Shown here: piece after piece, positions 26,155 to 37,086 of the stretch
How positions within the stretch are numbered: the first letter of the stretch is position 1
Layout: each line of letters opens with the position of its first letter
From: an uncultured beta proteobacterium
GTDB taxonomy: Bacteria > Pseudomonadota > Gammaproteobacteria > Burkholderiales > SG8-41
Length of the DNA: 64,000 bases
Direction of reading: 5' to 3'
Assembly: GCA_903885665.1 (NCBI GenBank)
Contig: CAISJL010000064.1
Coordinates: forward strand, 81,268-145,267
Program-made: the position numbers and the translations under genes
The notes under the pieces: model-generated
Databases searched by the model: none
What the model saw: the letters and a program-made list of their open reading frames with translations, nothing else
Told to the model about the DNA's origin: nothing

Positions 26155-29100
26155 ATGCCACCTAATTTCATCCATTTAAGACTACACAGCGAGTATTCGA
26201 TTGTAGATGGCATTGTGCGCGTTGCTGATGCAGTGGCTGCGGCAGTTGCCGATGCAATGCCGGCAGTGGCTTTGACTGATCTTAGCAATGTCTTCGGAAT
26301 GGTTAAGTTCTATCAAGAGGCAAGAAATAAAGGGATAAAGCCAATTGTTGGCTGTGATGTCTGGGTGAGTAATTTATCCGATCGCGATCAGCCTTATCGC
26401 TTGTTATTGTTAGTGCAAAGTCATGAGGGCTATTTACGCTTGTGTGAGTTGCTCACGCGTGCTTACCGTGGCAATCAATATCGTGGTAGAGCGGAGGTTC
26501 TGCAGTCTTGGTTTGTTGAATTAGGAACCGATGGTCTGATAGCGTTGTCCGGTGCGCATCATGGTGACGTAGGTCAGGCTTTAATTGCTGAACAGACTGC
26601 TCAGGCGATGCGCTTGGCACAAGAGTGGGCGGGATTGTTTCCGGATCGTTATTACCTAGAAGTGCAACGACTAGGGCCGCAAGTGATGACCGCAGGCGCG
26701 GCAGTTGTGCCAGTGGAGGTGCATGTGACTCGCGCCTTACAGTTGGCATCAAAATTAGGGTTGCCGGCAGTGGCAACCCACCCTGTACAGTTTTTGAAAC
26801 CAGATGACTTTCGTGCGCATGAAGCTCGAGTGTGTATCTCTGGTGGTTTTATATTGTCAGACCAACGTCGACCGCGATTGTTCGGACCAGACCAATATTT
26901 TAAATCGCAAAGCGAAATGGTTGCTTTGTTTTCTGATGTGCCGGAAGTCTTAGCTAATACCGTTGAAATTGCTAAGCGATGCACCTTGAATTTAACTTTA
27001 GGTAAAAGTCGTCTGCCGCACTTTCCAACCCCTGAGAATGTGACACTAGAAGCGCATTTGCGTGATTGCGCCAGTGCGGGATTACAAACACGCTTGCTAG
27101 AGTTGTATCCTGATGCTGATGAGAGGCTTGCTCAAGAATCTGCATATCGGGAGCGCTTAGAGTTTGAGATCAAAACTATCGTGCAAATGGGTTTCCCAGG
27201 TTATTTTTTAATTGTTGCTGATTTTATTAATTGGGCTAAAAACAATGGGGTGCCTGTAGGCCCTGGACGTGGTTCTGGCGCAGGCTCTCTAGTTGCCTAT
27301 AGTTTGGGAATTACAGACTTAGATCCCCTACGTTATAACTTGTTGTTTGAGCGTTTTCTTAACCCGGAACGTGTGTCTATGCCTGATTTTGATATTGATT
27401 TTTGTCAGGATGGTCGAGATCGCGTGATTGATTATGTCAAGATGCGTTATGGGGCAGATTCAGTATCGCAAATTGCAACCTTTGGTACTATGGCTGCTAA
27501 AGCAGTGGTTAAAGATGTTGGCCGAGCACTAGATTTGGGCTATTTGTTTTGCGACTCGTTGGCTAAGTTGATTCCATTACAAGTAGGTATTACTTTGGCT
27601 GAAGCGCGCCGTGCCGAACCGCAATTGATTGAGCGTGAAAAAAACGAGGAAGAGGTTGCTAATTTATTTGAATTGGCAGGGCCACTTGAGGGGTTGACCC
27701 GAAATGTTGGGATGCATGCAGGTGGAGTATTAATTGCGCCTGGTAAATTAACGGATTTTTGTCCACTCTATGTGGCTAACAATTCAAATGCAGCTGTGAG
27801 TCAGTTTGATAAGGATGATGTCGAATCAATTGGTTTGGTGAAATTTGACTTTTTGGGTTTGACCACATTAACCATCTTAGATTGGACATTGCGCTACATA
27901 CGACTGCTAGATCCTAGTTCGCAAGTTAGGTTAGAGAAGATCCCATTAGATGATGTGGCCGCATACACTATTTTTCAAAAAGCCAATACTACCGCTGTAT
28001 TTCAGTTTGAATCCCGCGGCATGCGTGATTTGTTGATCAGCGCAAGACCTGATCGCTTTGGTGATTTGATTGCTTTGGTTTCATTGTATCGACCTGGTCC
28101 AATGGAGTTGATCCCTGAGTTTTGTGCACGTAAGCATGGTAAGCGTTTTAATTACCCAGATCCCAGGGTGGAGTCAGTGCTTGCAGAGACCTATGGCATT
28201 ATGGTCTATCAAGAGCAAGTGATGCAGATGGCGCAGATTATTGGTGGATACAGCCTGGGTGGCGCGGACTTGTTGCGACGTGCAATGGGAAAGAAAAAAC
28301 CAGAGGAAATGGCCGAGCAGCGTGGGTTATTTCAAACCGGTGCGGCATCCAACGGATTGAGCAAATCTAAGGCGGATGAGTTGTTTGACTTGATGGAAAA
28401 GTTTGCTGGTTATGGTTTTAATAAATCGCATGCCGCAGCTTACGCCTTGGTAGCCTATCAAACAGCCTATATGAAGTCGCATTATCCGGCAGCTTTTATG
28501 GCAGCAAACATGTCCGCTGTCATGGATGATACGGATAAGGTGCAAGCGCTTGTTGATGATGCGCACGATAATCAATTAGAAGTTCTGGCGCCTGACGTGA
28601 ACAGTAGCGAGTACCGATTCTTGCCAATAGATCAACGTAGTATCCGTTATGGTTTGGGTGCAATTAAAGGGTCTGGCGAAGGCGCAATTCAGCAAATTGT
28701 AGAGGCGCGTTGCACGGGAGGGGCGTTTCGTGATTTGTTTGACTTCTGTCATCGTGTTGACAAGCGCGTGGTCAATCGTCGTGTGGTTGAATCCTTAGTA
28801 CGCTGCGGCGCTTTTGACGGGATCAATGATCACCGTGCAGAGTTATTGGCTTGCGTTGGCATAGCTATGGAGAGTGCAGAGCAGGCCAGTCGCACTGCAT
28901 CTCAGACCAATTTGTTTGGTGAGATGAGTGATGCACCACGAGCTGTTGTACCACCAAATATTGCGCGATGGACAAAAAAAGTTCTGCTACAAAATGAAAA
29001 GCTGGCACTAGGCTATTACCGTAGCGATCATTTATTTAATGTCTATCGAGATGAAGTTAGGCATATGGTCACTAAAGAATTGGCGGATATCAGAACGGCT

Positions 29101-29643
29101 AGTGATGTTGCTGGCCGCTCAGTAACAATTGCTGGCGTGGTTTTGTCGATGCGGGTTCAAAATACTGCTAGTGGTCGTATGGGGATCGTAACTCTTGCTG
29201 ATGACACTGCAAAACATGAAGTAGTCGTTTATCGCGAAGTTTTTGATCGTCATCGACATAAGCTACGAGAGGATGAGTTATTGGTGTTAGAAGTTAAAGG
29301 GCGGCAACGCTACCGTAGCCAAGATGCAGATGGCGATTCAGGACAGGATAATTCTTTGCGTCTTGAAGCGGTGAATATTTATGATTTAAATGAGGCCAGA
29401 AATTTTTATGCGCGTGGGTTGCGTATTACATGCGATAGCCAGTCATCCGGTGCCCAGTTAAAAGCCATGCTCACGCCACATTTAAATGGCTCTTGTCCGA
29501 TTGTTGTCGATTATATGAGTCATGGTGCGCGTTGTGCGGTTAAGTTAGGTGAGCAATGGCGGGTTAATTTAAATGATGATTTAATTCAATCCCTTGGCGA
29601 GTGGCTGCAACCTGAGAACGTGCAAGTAATTTATAGTGCTTGA
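26155..29643 (+). CDS. dnaE: DNA polymerase III alpha subunit
   Basis: 1162 aa. PHP domain (FIHLRLHSEYSIVDG), the PDFDIDF catalytic region, and finger/OB regions throughout. Confidence 0.97.
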   Translation: MPPNFIHLRLHSEYSIVDGIVRVADAVAAAVADAMPAVALTDLSNVFGMVKFYQEARNKGIKPIVGCDVWVSNLSDRDQPYRLLLLVQSHEGYLRLCELLTRAYRGNQYRGRAEVLQSWFVELGTDGLIALSGAHHGDVGQALIAEQTAQAMRLAQEWAGLFPDRYYLEVQRLGPQVMTAGAAVVPVEVHVTRALQLASKLGLPAVATHPVQFLKPDDFRAHEARVCISGGFILSDQRRPRLFGPDQYFKSQSEMVALFSDVPEVLANTVEIAKRCTLNLTLGKSRLPHFPTPENVTLEAHLRDCASAGLQTRLLELYPDADERLAQESAYRERLEFEIKTIVQMGFPGYFLIVADFINWAKNNGVPVGPGRGSGAGSLVAYSLGITDLDPLRYNLLFERFLNPERVSMPDFDIDFCQDGRDRVIDYVKMRYGADSVSQIATFGTMAAKAVVKDVGRALDLGYLFCDSLAKLIPLQVGITLAEARRAEPQLIEREKNEEEVANLFELAGPLEGLTRNVGMHAGGVLIAPGKLTDFCPLYVANNSNAAVSQFDKDDVESIGLVKFDFLGLTTLTILDWTLRYIRLLDPSSQVRLEKIPLDDVAAYTIFQKANTTAVFQFESRGMRDLLISARPDRFGDLIALVSLYRPGPMELIPEFCARKHGKRFNYPDPRVESVLAETYGIMVYQEQVMQMAQIIGGYSLGGADLLRRAMGKKKPEEMAEQRGLFQTGAASNGLSKSKADELFDLMEKFAGYGFNKSHAAAYALVAYQTAYMKSHYPAAFMAANMSAVMDDTDKVQALVDDAHDNQLEVLAPDVNSSEYRFLPIDQRSIRYGLGAIKGSGEGAIQQIVEARCTGGAFRDLFDFCHRVDKRVVNRRVVESLVRCGAFDGINDHRAELLACVGIAMESAEQASRTASQTNLFGEMSDAPRAVVPPNIARWTKKVLLQNEKLALGYYRSDHLFNVYRDEVRHMVTKELADIRTASDVAGRSVTIAGVVLSMRVQNTASGRMGIVTLADDTAKHEVVVYREVFDRHRHKLREDELLVLEVKGRQRYRSQDADGDSGQDNSLRLEAVNIYDLNEARNFYARGLRITCDSQSSGAQLKAMLTPHLNGSCPIVVDYMSHGARCAVKLGEQWRVNLNDDLIQSLGEWLQPENVQVIYSA

Positions 29644-29718
29644 TACCGCTTTGTAGTGATATCGCATTAGCTCGATTTATTTTGATAAAATTATTGAAAC
29701 TATAGAAAGGACCGTGAC

Positions 29719-29910
29719 ATGCCAACCATACGAGTTGAATTATTAGAGGGGCGAACTCTTGAGCAAAAGCGACAATATGCAAAAGCACTGACCGACGCGA
29801 CTGTAAATACCTTAGGGGGTTCTCCTGAAAGTGTTGATGTGGTTTTCTTCGATATCAAACGTACAGATTGGGCCACTGGTGGTGTATTATGGAGTGAGCG
29901 CACAAGTTGA
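29719..29910 (+). CDS. 4-oxalocrotonate tautomerase family protein
   Basis: 63 aa with N-terminal Pro after the Met (MPTIRVELLEGRTLEQKRQYAKALTDA), typical of the tautomerase superfamily. Confidence 0.8.
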   Translation: MPTIRVELLEGRTLEQKRQYAKALTDATVNTLGGSPESVDVVFFDIKRTDWATGGVLWSERTS

Positions 29911-30296
29911 TAGCTATTGCATTCAACCAATTTGCCTGTTCTTAATCAAACAGTATTAAAAAAGGGGTCGCATAGATGTGATCCTAATAATCCTAATAAA
30001 AAATAGTCTAATTTTTAATTTTGGATAAAAACGGACGCTGTAGTTTATTAACAATGCATGCATTAAGCTGCGTATTGATCGATTGGTACAAATATCCTAA
30101 CAACGCCACTTGCAGAGTGAAGTCATCAAAACCAGTCACCCAGGCATATTGAGATTCTAGTTAATAGCATCACCGTTGATAGTTTCAATGTTATCTGCAG
30201 CTACAGCTACAGCTACAAACGTTGCCGATCTCGCTTGAGGCTTGAGAATGTTTGAGAAGTGTGCTACTTGGGAGGCGATTGAGTGCCTAGCTTAGC

Positions 30297-30584
30297 TCAA
30301 GCAGTAGGGTGTCTTTCATAGGCTGAAAAGGTCCCTGCGCCTAGATTGACAGTGACTAAGGTGACCCGTGATTTTCGAGGGCCGCGTTGAGCGCAGGCAA
30401 TAAATTCGTGAATTGCATGGGGGTGACCTTGAATGCAGGTTTCTACACTATGATCTGGGCGATTGCGAATCCAGCCGCATATGCCTAATTCACGCGCTTT
30501 GTATTCTAGGTAATTACGAAAGCCAACGGCTTGTACGAGACCGTAAATATTTAAGTGTCTAGTCATTAAACTATTCGTTGTCAT
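30297..30584 (-). CDS. acyP: Acylphosphatase
   Basis: YGLVQAVGFRNY...GWIRN motifs. The ATG overlaps the SulP stop (ATGA). An internal Met (MTRHLNIYG) is an alternative start. Confidence 0.8.
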   Translation of the reverse strand: MTTNSLMTRHLNIYGLVQAVGFRNYLEYKARELGICGWIRNRPDHSVETCIQGHPHAIHEFIACAQRGPRKSRVTLVTVNLGAGTFSAYERHPTA

Positions 30585-32224
30585 ACGGTAACTCTAGGTT
30601 TTTTCTGATTGATGATTAGTGCTGCGTCCATAGCACTTTGGGTTGTAGTGTATAGGTTTGCGCCAAGTGCGTTGGCAAATCCCGAGCGTTGAATTAAGGA
30701 CAAGGCCTGAGTATTCGCATTACACAATATCAAAGTCTTGTTGTGCTTAAGAAGTTTGCGTTGTATAGCCTCCAGTAGATCTAAGCCAGTAGTATCAATA
30801 TTTAAAGTATGTTCCAGATCGAGGATGATGATTTTGGTGGTGTCGATTGGCTCGCCGTGATCAAGCAAGGGCTCTAGCTTTTGCGCTGACCCGAAAAAAA
30901 GAGAGCCGTAAAATTGATAGTGTTTGATGTGAGCGCTATCAGCTTCATCGGTTGTGCAATCTTGGATGGTAGTCAGAGATGTGATTCGAGTAATAAAAAA
31001 TATAGCGGCCATCACCATGCCGATCTCAACAGCAACAGTTAGATCAAAAATGACTGTCAGTAAGAAGCTCGCCATTAATATGGCTCGATAATTTAGGCTG
31101 TAGCGTTTCATTTCTTTTAATTGACGCCACTCGCCCATGTGCCAAGCAACCATAATAAGAATGGCAGAAAGTGCCACTAAGGGAATAAACTTTGCCAGCG
31201 GTGCGGCGACTAAAATAATCAGTAGCAAGGTGAGCGCATGCACGATCCCAGAGATCGGGCCAAATGCACCCATTCGAACGTTGGTGTTAGTGCGTGCGAT
31301 TGCACCTGTTGCACAGAAGCCGCCAAACAGAGGGGCTACAATATTGGCGATCCCTTGTGCCATCAGCTCTTGATTAGGGTCGTGCCGGTCATCGATTTGA
31401 TGATCTGCGACTGTTGCTGAGAGCAAGGATTCAATCGCGCCTAGTAATGCGATTGCAATTGCCGGAGAGATTAAGTGCCGCAGCGTTTCAATGGTAATTA
31501 GGGGGCTGGAAAAGCTTGGTAGTGATTGCGGTATGCCGCCATAGCGAGAACCTATGGTTTCTACCGGAATATTAAGTAATGCCACACCGGCAGTCGCGAG
31601 TATTAATACTGCAATAGGGCTGGGTAGGCTGCGCCAGCGTTGTGGCCATGCCAGTAGTGTGCAGATACACGCTAAGCCAAGTATTATGGTTGGGGTGTTA
31701 GCGCTCGGTAGACCTGCCCATAAAGTCGTTATTTGTGAAAAAAATTCAGCAGGAAGTCTTTCGATCTTAAGACCTAAAAAATCGCGCACTTGCGACAGTA
31801 AAATGAGTAGAGCAATGCCTTTGGTGAATCCGCTGACTACAGAGACGGGGATGAAGCGTATCCAACTACCTAGGCCCAATAGCCCCATGGCGAGCAGCAT
31901 AAGCCCTGCCATCATCGTGCAAATAATTAAATTAGGCACGCCATAGTTAATGACAATCCCATAAACGATGACAATAAATGCACCTGTAGGGCCGCCGATT
32001 TGAACCCGTGATCCGCCTAGAGTGGAAATGATAAAGCCTGCAATAATCGCAGTGTAGATGCCTGACTCTGGAGTCATGCCAGAGGCGATTGCAAAAGCAA
32101 TCGCTAAAGGTAGTGCAAGAATGCCAACGGTGATGCCTGCGAGAATGTCATTGCGTAGCCGAGCAGGTGTGTATTGTGACAGTATCTCGATGAGTTTAGG
32201 ACGAAAACGTGGCACGTTTGGCAT
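30581..32224 (-). CDS. SulP-family inorganic anion transporter with a C-terminal STAS domain
   Basis: 547 aa. N-terminal DILAGITVGILALPLAIAFAIASG, multiple TM spans and a STAS-like tail (IILDLEHTLNIDTTGLDLLE). Confidence 0.92.
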   Translation of the reverse strand: MPNVPRFRPKLIEILSQYTPARLRNDILAGITVGILALPLAIAFAIASGMTPESGIYTAIIAGFIISTLGGSRVQIGGPTGAFIVIVYGIVINYGVPNLIICTMMAGLMLLAMGLLGLGSWIRFIPVSVVSGFTKGIALLILLSQVRDFLGLKIERLPAEFFSQITTLWAGLPSANTPTIILGLACICTLLAWPQRWRSLPSPIAVLILATAGVALLNIPVETIGSRYGGIPQSLPSFSSPLITIETLRHLISPAIAIALLGAIESLLSATVADHQIDDRHDPNQELMAQGIANIVAPLFGGFCATGAIARTNTNVRMGAFGPISGIVHALTLLLIILVAAPLAKFIPLVALSAILIMVAWHMGEWRQLKEMKRYSLNYRAILMASFLLTVIFDLTVAVEIGMVMAAIFFITRITSLTTIQDCTTDEADSAHIKHYQFYGSLFFGSAQKLEPLLDHGEPIDTTKIIILDLEHTLNIDTTGLDLLEAIQRKLLKHNKTLILCNANTQALSLIQRSGFANALGANLYTTTQSAMDAALIINQKKPRVTV

Positions 32225-32311
32225 GATGTTTTCTAGTTGTATGCAATGCGTGTGCCAGTCGCGAAATTGATGGCGTTGTGCGACTGGCTACCTGAGGCAT
32301 TATTGTTGTGA

Positions 32312-33421
32312 CTAATTAGTGCGGAATTTTTGTACTTGTTTCTCATCGAGTTCAATTCCAAAACCCGGTGCGTCAGAAATAGTAATCTTGCCAGACCTGA
32401 CCTCAGGGCGGTTAGTCCACATGGATTGCCAGATAGGGTCGCGTGCTGGATCGGCAAAACATTCAGCATAAGTGCCGTGTGGTACTGCGGCTAATAGATG
32501 GCTGGCAATTTGTGCTTCTTCGTGATGCGCCATTGATACGCCGGAGGCACGGCACAGGTTGGCAGCGCGTATCCAGTCACTGACGCCACCACCTTCGGAG
32601 ACATCGTAATTGACAAAGTCTACAGCCTGCGCATCTAACAGTCTACGCACGCCAAGGCTGGTGTATTCACATTGACCAGCATTGATGGGGATGTGAATGG
32701 CGCGGCGCACCTGCGCCATTTGTGCAACATCATCTTGCCACTGGCACGGCTCTTCAAACCATGAAATATTGAGAGGCTCAATGAGTCGCCCAAACCGAAT
32801 AGCGTCCGGTGCATTCCAGCCGCGATTGGCATCTACGCAAATCATAAAATCGTCACCTACAGCTGTACGAGCAACAGCAACACGTGCTGCATCATCTTCC
32901 GGGCTTAGGCCACCAACTTTAAATTTACAGCCAGACATGCCAGCATCGCGGTAGGAGGAGATTTCACGAGCAATGTCGTCATGAGTTTTGCCGGCCATGT
33001 AATACCCACCAATCGAGATAATGGGCAATTGATTCGTGTAGCCACCGAGTAGTTCGCGCACGCTGCGTCCTAGCGCTTTGCCTGTCAAATCCCAGATGGC
33101 GCAATCGACACAGGCAATGGCTTCTAGTAATAATTTCTTGTCGCTCGCGGTGTGTGTGAGTTGAAACATTTTCTCCCAAATGCGCTCACGTTCGAAAATA
33201 TTGGAGTCTTTGATGACATAAAATAAGTCATTTTCAATCAGATGAGCAATTTCTAAGCCATGTGCACGATTATCACCATTGAACACATTACTGACGAGTC
33301 CATCACTGGTGTGTATGCGAGTAATGACTGTCGAACGTTTTAATACGTTGTAAGTGGATCCGCCAAAGTTTTTGGTTAAAGGAATGTCAATAGCTATCGC
33401 TTCAATGTGGCTGATGCGCAT
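32312..33421 (-). CDS. Enolase-superfamily enzyme (mandelate racemase/muconate lactonizing enzyme family)
   Basis: 369 aa with metal-ligand regions (VDANRGW, FEEPC, DVSEGGG) in the usual order. Confidence 0.88.
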   Translation of the reverse strand: MRISHIEAIAIDIPLTKNFGGSTYNVLKRSTVITRIHTSDGLVSNVFNGDNRAHGLEIAHLIENDLFYVIKDSNIFERERIWEKMFQLTHTASDKKLLLEAIACVDCAIWDLTGKALGRSVRELLGGYTNQLPIISIGGYYMAGKTHDDIAREISSYRDAGMSGCKFKVGGLSPEDDAARVAVARTAVGDDFMICVDANRGWNAPDAIRFGRLIEPLNISWFEEPCQWQDDVAQMAQVRRAIHIPINAGQCEYTSLGVRRLLDAQAVDFVNYDVSEGGGVSDWIRAANLCRASGVSMAHHEEAQIASHLLAAVPHGTYAECFADPARDPIWQSMWTNRPEVRSGKITISDAPGFGIELDEKQVQKFRTN

Positions 33422-33457
33422 AATAGGCTCCTCTATCTAGTGAATGTTTGGTTAAAG

Positions 33458-35548
33458 TTATTTGATGCGCATGCCAGGCGTGGCGCCAGAGTCTGGGGTC
33501 AGTATATAGAGGCCAGGTTCTTCGCCACTGGCAGCCAGCACCATGCCTTCAGATACACCAAATTTCATTTTGCGAGGTGCAAGGTTGGCAACCATCACTG
33601 TTAGGCGACCAATAAGGGGTGCTGGATCATAAGCAGATTTGATCCCGGCAAAGACTTGGCGCTCGCCCAGTGCGCCGACGTCTAGTGTCAATTGCAGTAA
33701 TTTATCAGCACCGGTGACGTGTTGAGCATTGATGATGCGGGCAACCCTTAAATCAATTTTATTGAAATCATCGATGTTAATGGTTGGTGTTGCAGTGTCT
33801 GTGATAGGCACGTTAGTGACTGGGATGTCTGGATTGGTCATCTTGGATACTTTTGCAGTGGAAGGTTGTAAGTTGCTTTGATTGGCTTGAATCAGTGCCG
33901 CGATTTGTTGCTCCTCAATGCGGGTCATTAAATGCTGATATTGTTTTATTTGATGCCCCTCGGGTAGCGTTTGGGCTGCATCCCTCCATTTGAGCGCAGG
34001 GATGTTGAGTAAATTCTCAACCGCCTTCGCCAGCTCGGGTAACACTGGTTTGAGATACAGTGTGAGAATTCGGAAAATATTGATGGCTTCGCTGCAACTG
34101 TGATGTAGCAGGGCTTCTTGACCGGCTATTTTAGCTAATGCCCAGGGTTTAATTTGATCGATATGCGCATTAGCGCGATCTGCGAGTGACATGATTTCGC
34201 GTATTGCCTTACCATATTCTCGAGCATCGTAATGCTTGCCAATATCAATAGCCGCATGTTGCAATTGCGTCAGTATTGGGCTTGATGCGGTAGCGCTGAG
34301 GCGACCTTCGAAGCGCTTATGAATAAAACCAGCGCAACGACTGGCAATATTGATAAATTTACCCACTAAGTCACTATTTACTCTGGCTACAAAGTCCTCC
34401 AAATTAAGATCTAAGTCTTCCATGGTCGGACCTAGTTTTGCGGCATAGTAGTAACGCAACCATTCGGGATTGAGCCCCTGTTCGATATAGCTACGCGCAG
34501 TAATGAAGGTGCCACGAGACTTAGACATCTTCTCGCCGTTTACTGTTAGGAACCCATGTGCAAATATATGTGAGGGCGTGCGAAAGCCCGCATGCTCGAG
34601 CATTGCTGGCCAAAATAGTGCATGAAAATACAGTATATCTTTACCAATAAAGTGAATCATCTCAGTATTACCACCGGGCCGCAGAAAATCTTTGAGTAGG
34701 GATTCAGGTAGTTTGTGAGTGTGTACGTAATGCGTAAAGCTCGCAAAATAGCCTACAGGGGCATCGAGCCATACATAGAAAAATTTCTGGTCTTGGGTGC
34801 CAGGAATAGAGAAGCCAAAATAGGGTGCATCGCGCGAGATGTCCCAATCGGAGAGTTTGCCGGCGCCAACTTCGCCTAGCCATTCTTGCATCTTGTTGGC
34901 CGCTTCGATCTGTAGGCGCTCTGGGTCTTGGGTAAACTGTCGCAGAAACATTTCGCAGCGCGGGTCTGATAGTTTAAAAAAATGGTGCTCAGAGGCTTTG
35001 CGAACGGGGGTAGCACCAGAGACTGTAGAGCGTGGGTTTACTAAGTCGGTTGGGCTGTAGGTGGCGCCGCAAGACTCGCAGGAGTCCCCATATTGATCCT
35101 GAGCACCGCACTTGGGGCATTCGCCTTTTATAAATCGATCTGGTAAAAACATGCCCTCAACCGGATCGTAGTATTGCTCGACTGCGCGTTGGCTAATCAG
35201 GCCCTGAGCTTGTAATTGTTGGTAAATTTCTTCGCATAGCGTTCGGTTCTCGGGAGAGTGAGTGCTGTAGTAATGATCAAAACCTACGCCAAACTGGTCA
35301 AAGTCGTGTTTGTGCTCGCGCCACACGCGGTCTATAAGCGCTTCTGGTGAGATGCCTTCGTCCTTGGCGCGTAGCATGACTGGCGTGCCGTGAGTGTCGT
35401 CAGCGCCAATATAGTGAACTTCATGACCTTGTAGGCGTTGGAACCGCACCCAGATATCGGTTTGGATATATTCAACAAGATGCCCTAAGTGAATAGCACC
35501 ATTGGCATAAGGGAGGGCGGAGGTGACAAAAATACGGCGTTGAGGCAT
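33458..35548 (-). CDS. metG: Methionyl-tRNA synthetase, with a C-terminal tRNA-binding (EMAP/Trbp111-like) domain
   Basis: 696 aa with the HIGH-type motif ([10 protein letters not shown]), KMSKS, Zn knuckles (CPKCG...CESCG) and a C-terminal OB domain. Confidence 0.97.
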   Translation of the reverse strand: MPQRRIFVTSALPYANGAIHLGHLVEYIQTDIWVRFQRLQGHEVHYIGADDTHGTPVMLRAKDEGISPEALIDRVWREHKHDFDQFGVGFDHYYSTHSPENRTLCEEIYQQLQAQGLISQRAVEQYYDPVEGMFLPDRFIKGECPKCGAQDQYGDSCESCGATYSPTDLVNPRSTVSGATPVRKASEHHFFKLSDPRCEMFLRQFTQDPERLQIEAANKMQEWLGEVGAGKLSDWDISRDAPYFGFSIPGTQDQKFFYVWLDAPVGYFASFTHYVHTHKLPESLLKDFLRPGGNTEMIHFIGKDILYFHALFWPAMLEHAGFRTPSHIFAHGFLTVNGEKMSKSRGTFITARSYIEQGLNPEWLRYYYAAKLGPTMEDLDLNLEDFVARVNSDLVGKFINIASRCAGFIHKRFEGRLSATASSPILTQLQHAAIDIGKHYDAREYGKAIREIMSLADRANAHIDQIKPWALAKIAGQEALLHHSCSEAINIFRILTLYLKPVLPELAKAVENLLNIPALKWRDAAQTLPEGHQIKQYQHLMTRIEEQQIAALIQANQSNLQPSTAKVSKMTNPDIPVTNVPITDTATPTINIDDFNKIDLRVARIINAQHVTGADKLLQLTLDVGALGERQVFAGIKSAYDPAPLIGRLTVMVANLAPRKMKFGVSEGMVLAASGEEPGLYILTPDSGATPGMRIK

Positions 35549-35880
35549 GGCAGTGGTCGGTAACTCAATCAGTAAGGTGGGCGGGCTGGACGTTCTAGCT
35601 TAGATCATAGAGCGGTTAATCTTTCCAAATCAATCAGAAGAGGCTAGAAAATATCGGCTAATAGCTTGAATTGTAACAAACTCTATGTACAAACTAGGAT
35701 TGCGGGGTTTTTGGTGTAGTCTTTGCCCACCTGTTTGGAACGATAGCGCTAAGGCGAGAAGTTCAGGCAGAGGGTGGTTTAGAGGGAGCGTTATCGCTAC
35801 AATCGCGGCCTGGCATTTAAGTTATAGACGGTTAGCGCTGATGTTAATGGATTGCAACAATAAAGAATGGGACAAGTTAA

Positions 35881-36966
35881 ATGATCACTGAACAAGATAT
35901 ACAAACTGCTTTGCGCCATTTGGTGGACCCCAACACCCAGACCGACTACGTATCGAGTAAGTCGGTGAAGCAGATTAAGGTCGATGGTAACCAAGTGAAG
36001 GTTGAGATTGTGTTGGGTTATCCAGCCAAAACACAGGTTGCCCCATTGCGCGAGGCCATTATTGCCCATCTCCAGCAGATTCCAGGTGTAGGTCAGGTTG
36101 AAGTGGTGGTCGGGATTAAGATCGTCTCCCATGCGGTGCAGCGGGGGGTGAAGTTGATCCCCGGGGTTAAGAATATTATCGCTGTGGCCTCAGGTAAGGG
36201 CGGTGTGGGTAAAAGCACTACAGCTGTCAATTTGGCGTTGGCCTTGGCCGCTGAGGGTGCGTCAGTTGGGGTGCTGGATGCGGATATTTATGGCCCATCG
36301 CAACCCATGATGCTCGGTATTAGCGGCAGGCCCGAGTCTAAAGATGGTAAAAAGCTCGAGCCCATGATGGGTCATGGTATTCAAGCGATGTCGATTGGTT
36401 TTTTAATTGACACCGAAACCCCTATGGTATGGCGAGGTCCGATGGTGACTCAGGCTTTGGAGCAGTTACTTAATGAGACTAAATGGCAGGATATTGATTA
36501 TTTGGTCGTCGATTTGCCTCCTGGAACTGGGGATATTCAACTGACCTTGGCACAGCGCGTGCCCGTGACTGGTGCAGTGATTGTCACTACTCCCCAAGAC
36601 ATCGCACTTATTGATGCGCGTAAGGGGCTGAAAATGTTTGAGAAGGTGGGTATACCGATTCTCGGTATTGTTGAGAACATGAGCTTGCATATCTGTTCGA
36701 AATGCGGACATGAAGAACCGATATTTGGTGCTGGTGGTGGTCTGCGCATGGGTGAAGATTACAAAGTTGAGCTACTCGGCTCTTTGCCACTAGATATCAA
36801 TATTCGTTTGCAAGGCGATGCCGGCAAGCCCACAGTAGCTGCCGATCCTCAAGGTCGAGTCGCTGATATTTATCGTCAAATTGCACGTCGCCTGGCAGTA
36901 AAAATTGCCGATATTCAACAAGATCATTCAGCAGTGTTTCCGAAAATTGTAGTGCAAAATACATAA
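35881..36966 (+). CDS. apbC: Iron-sulfur cluster carrier ATPase Mrp/ApbC
   Basis: 361 aa. N-terminal DUF59-like domain, deviant Walker A SGKGGVGKSTT and a CSKCGH motif. Confidence 0.93.
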   Translation: MITEQDIQTALRHLVDPNTQTDYVSSKSVKQIKVDGNQVKVEIVLGYPAKTQVAPLREAIIAHLQQIPGVGQVEVVVGIKIVSHAVQRGVKLIPGVKNIIAVASGKGGVGKSTTAVNLALALAAEGASVGVLDADIYGPSQPMMLGISGRPESKDGKKLEPMMGHGIQAMSIGFLIDTETPMVWRGPMVTQALEQLLNETKWQDIDYLVVDLPPGTGDIQLTLAQRVPVTGAVIVTTPQDIALIDARKGLKMFEKVGIPILGIVENMSLHICSKCGHEEPIFGAGGGLRMGEDYKVELLGSLPLDINIRLQGDAGKPTVAADPQGRVADIYRQIARRLAVKIADIQQDHSAVFPKIVVQNT

Positions 36967-37086
36967 CAGATTTATTGTGCTAGTGGTTAAGGTGGTTGTT
37001 AAGGTAGTTGTGGAGATAGTAGTTTATGCGATAGCCCAGCGTTTTGCTGAAATACTTTGTGTGCGACTTTTTAGGATAGGTTAACC

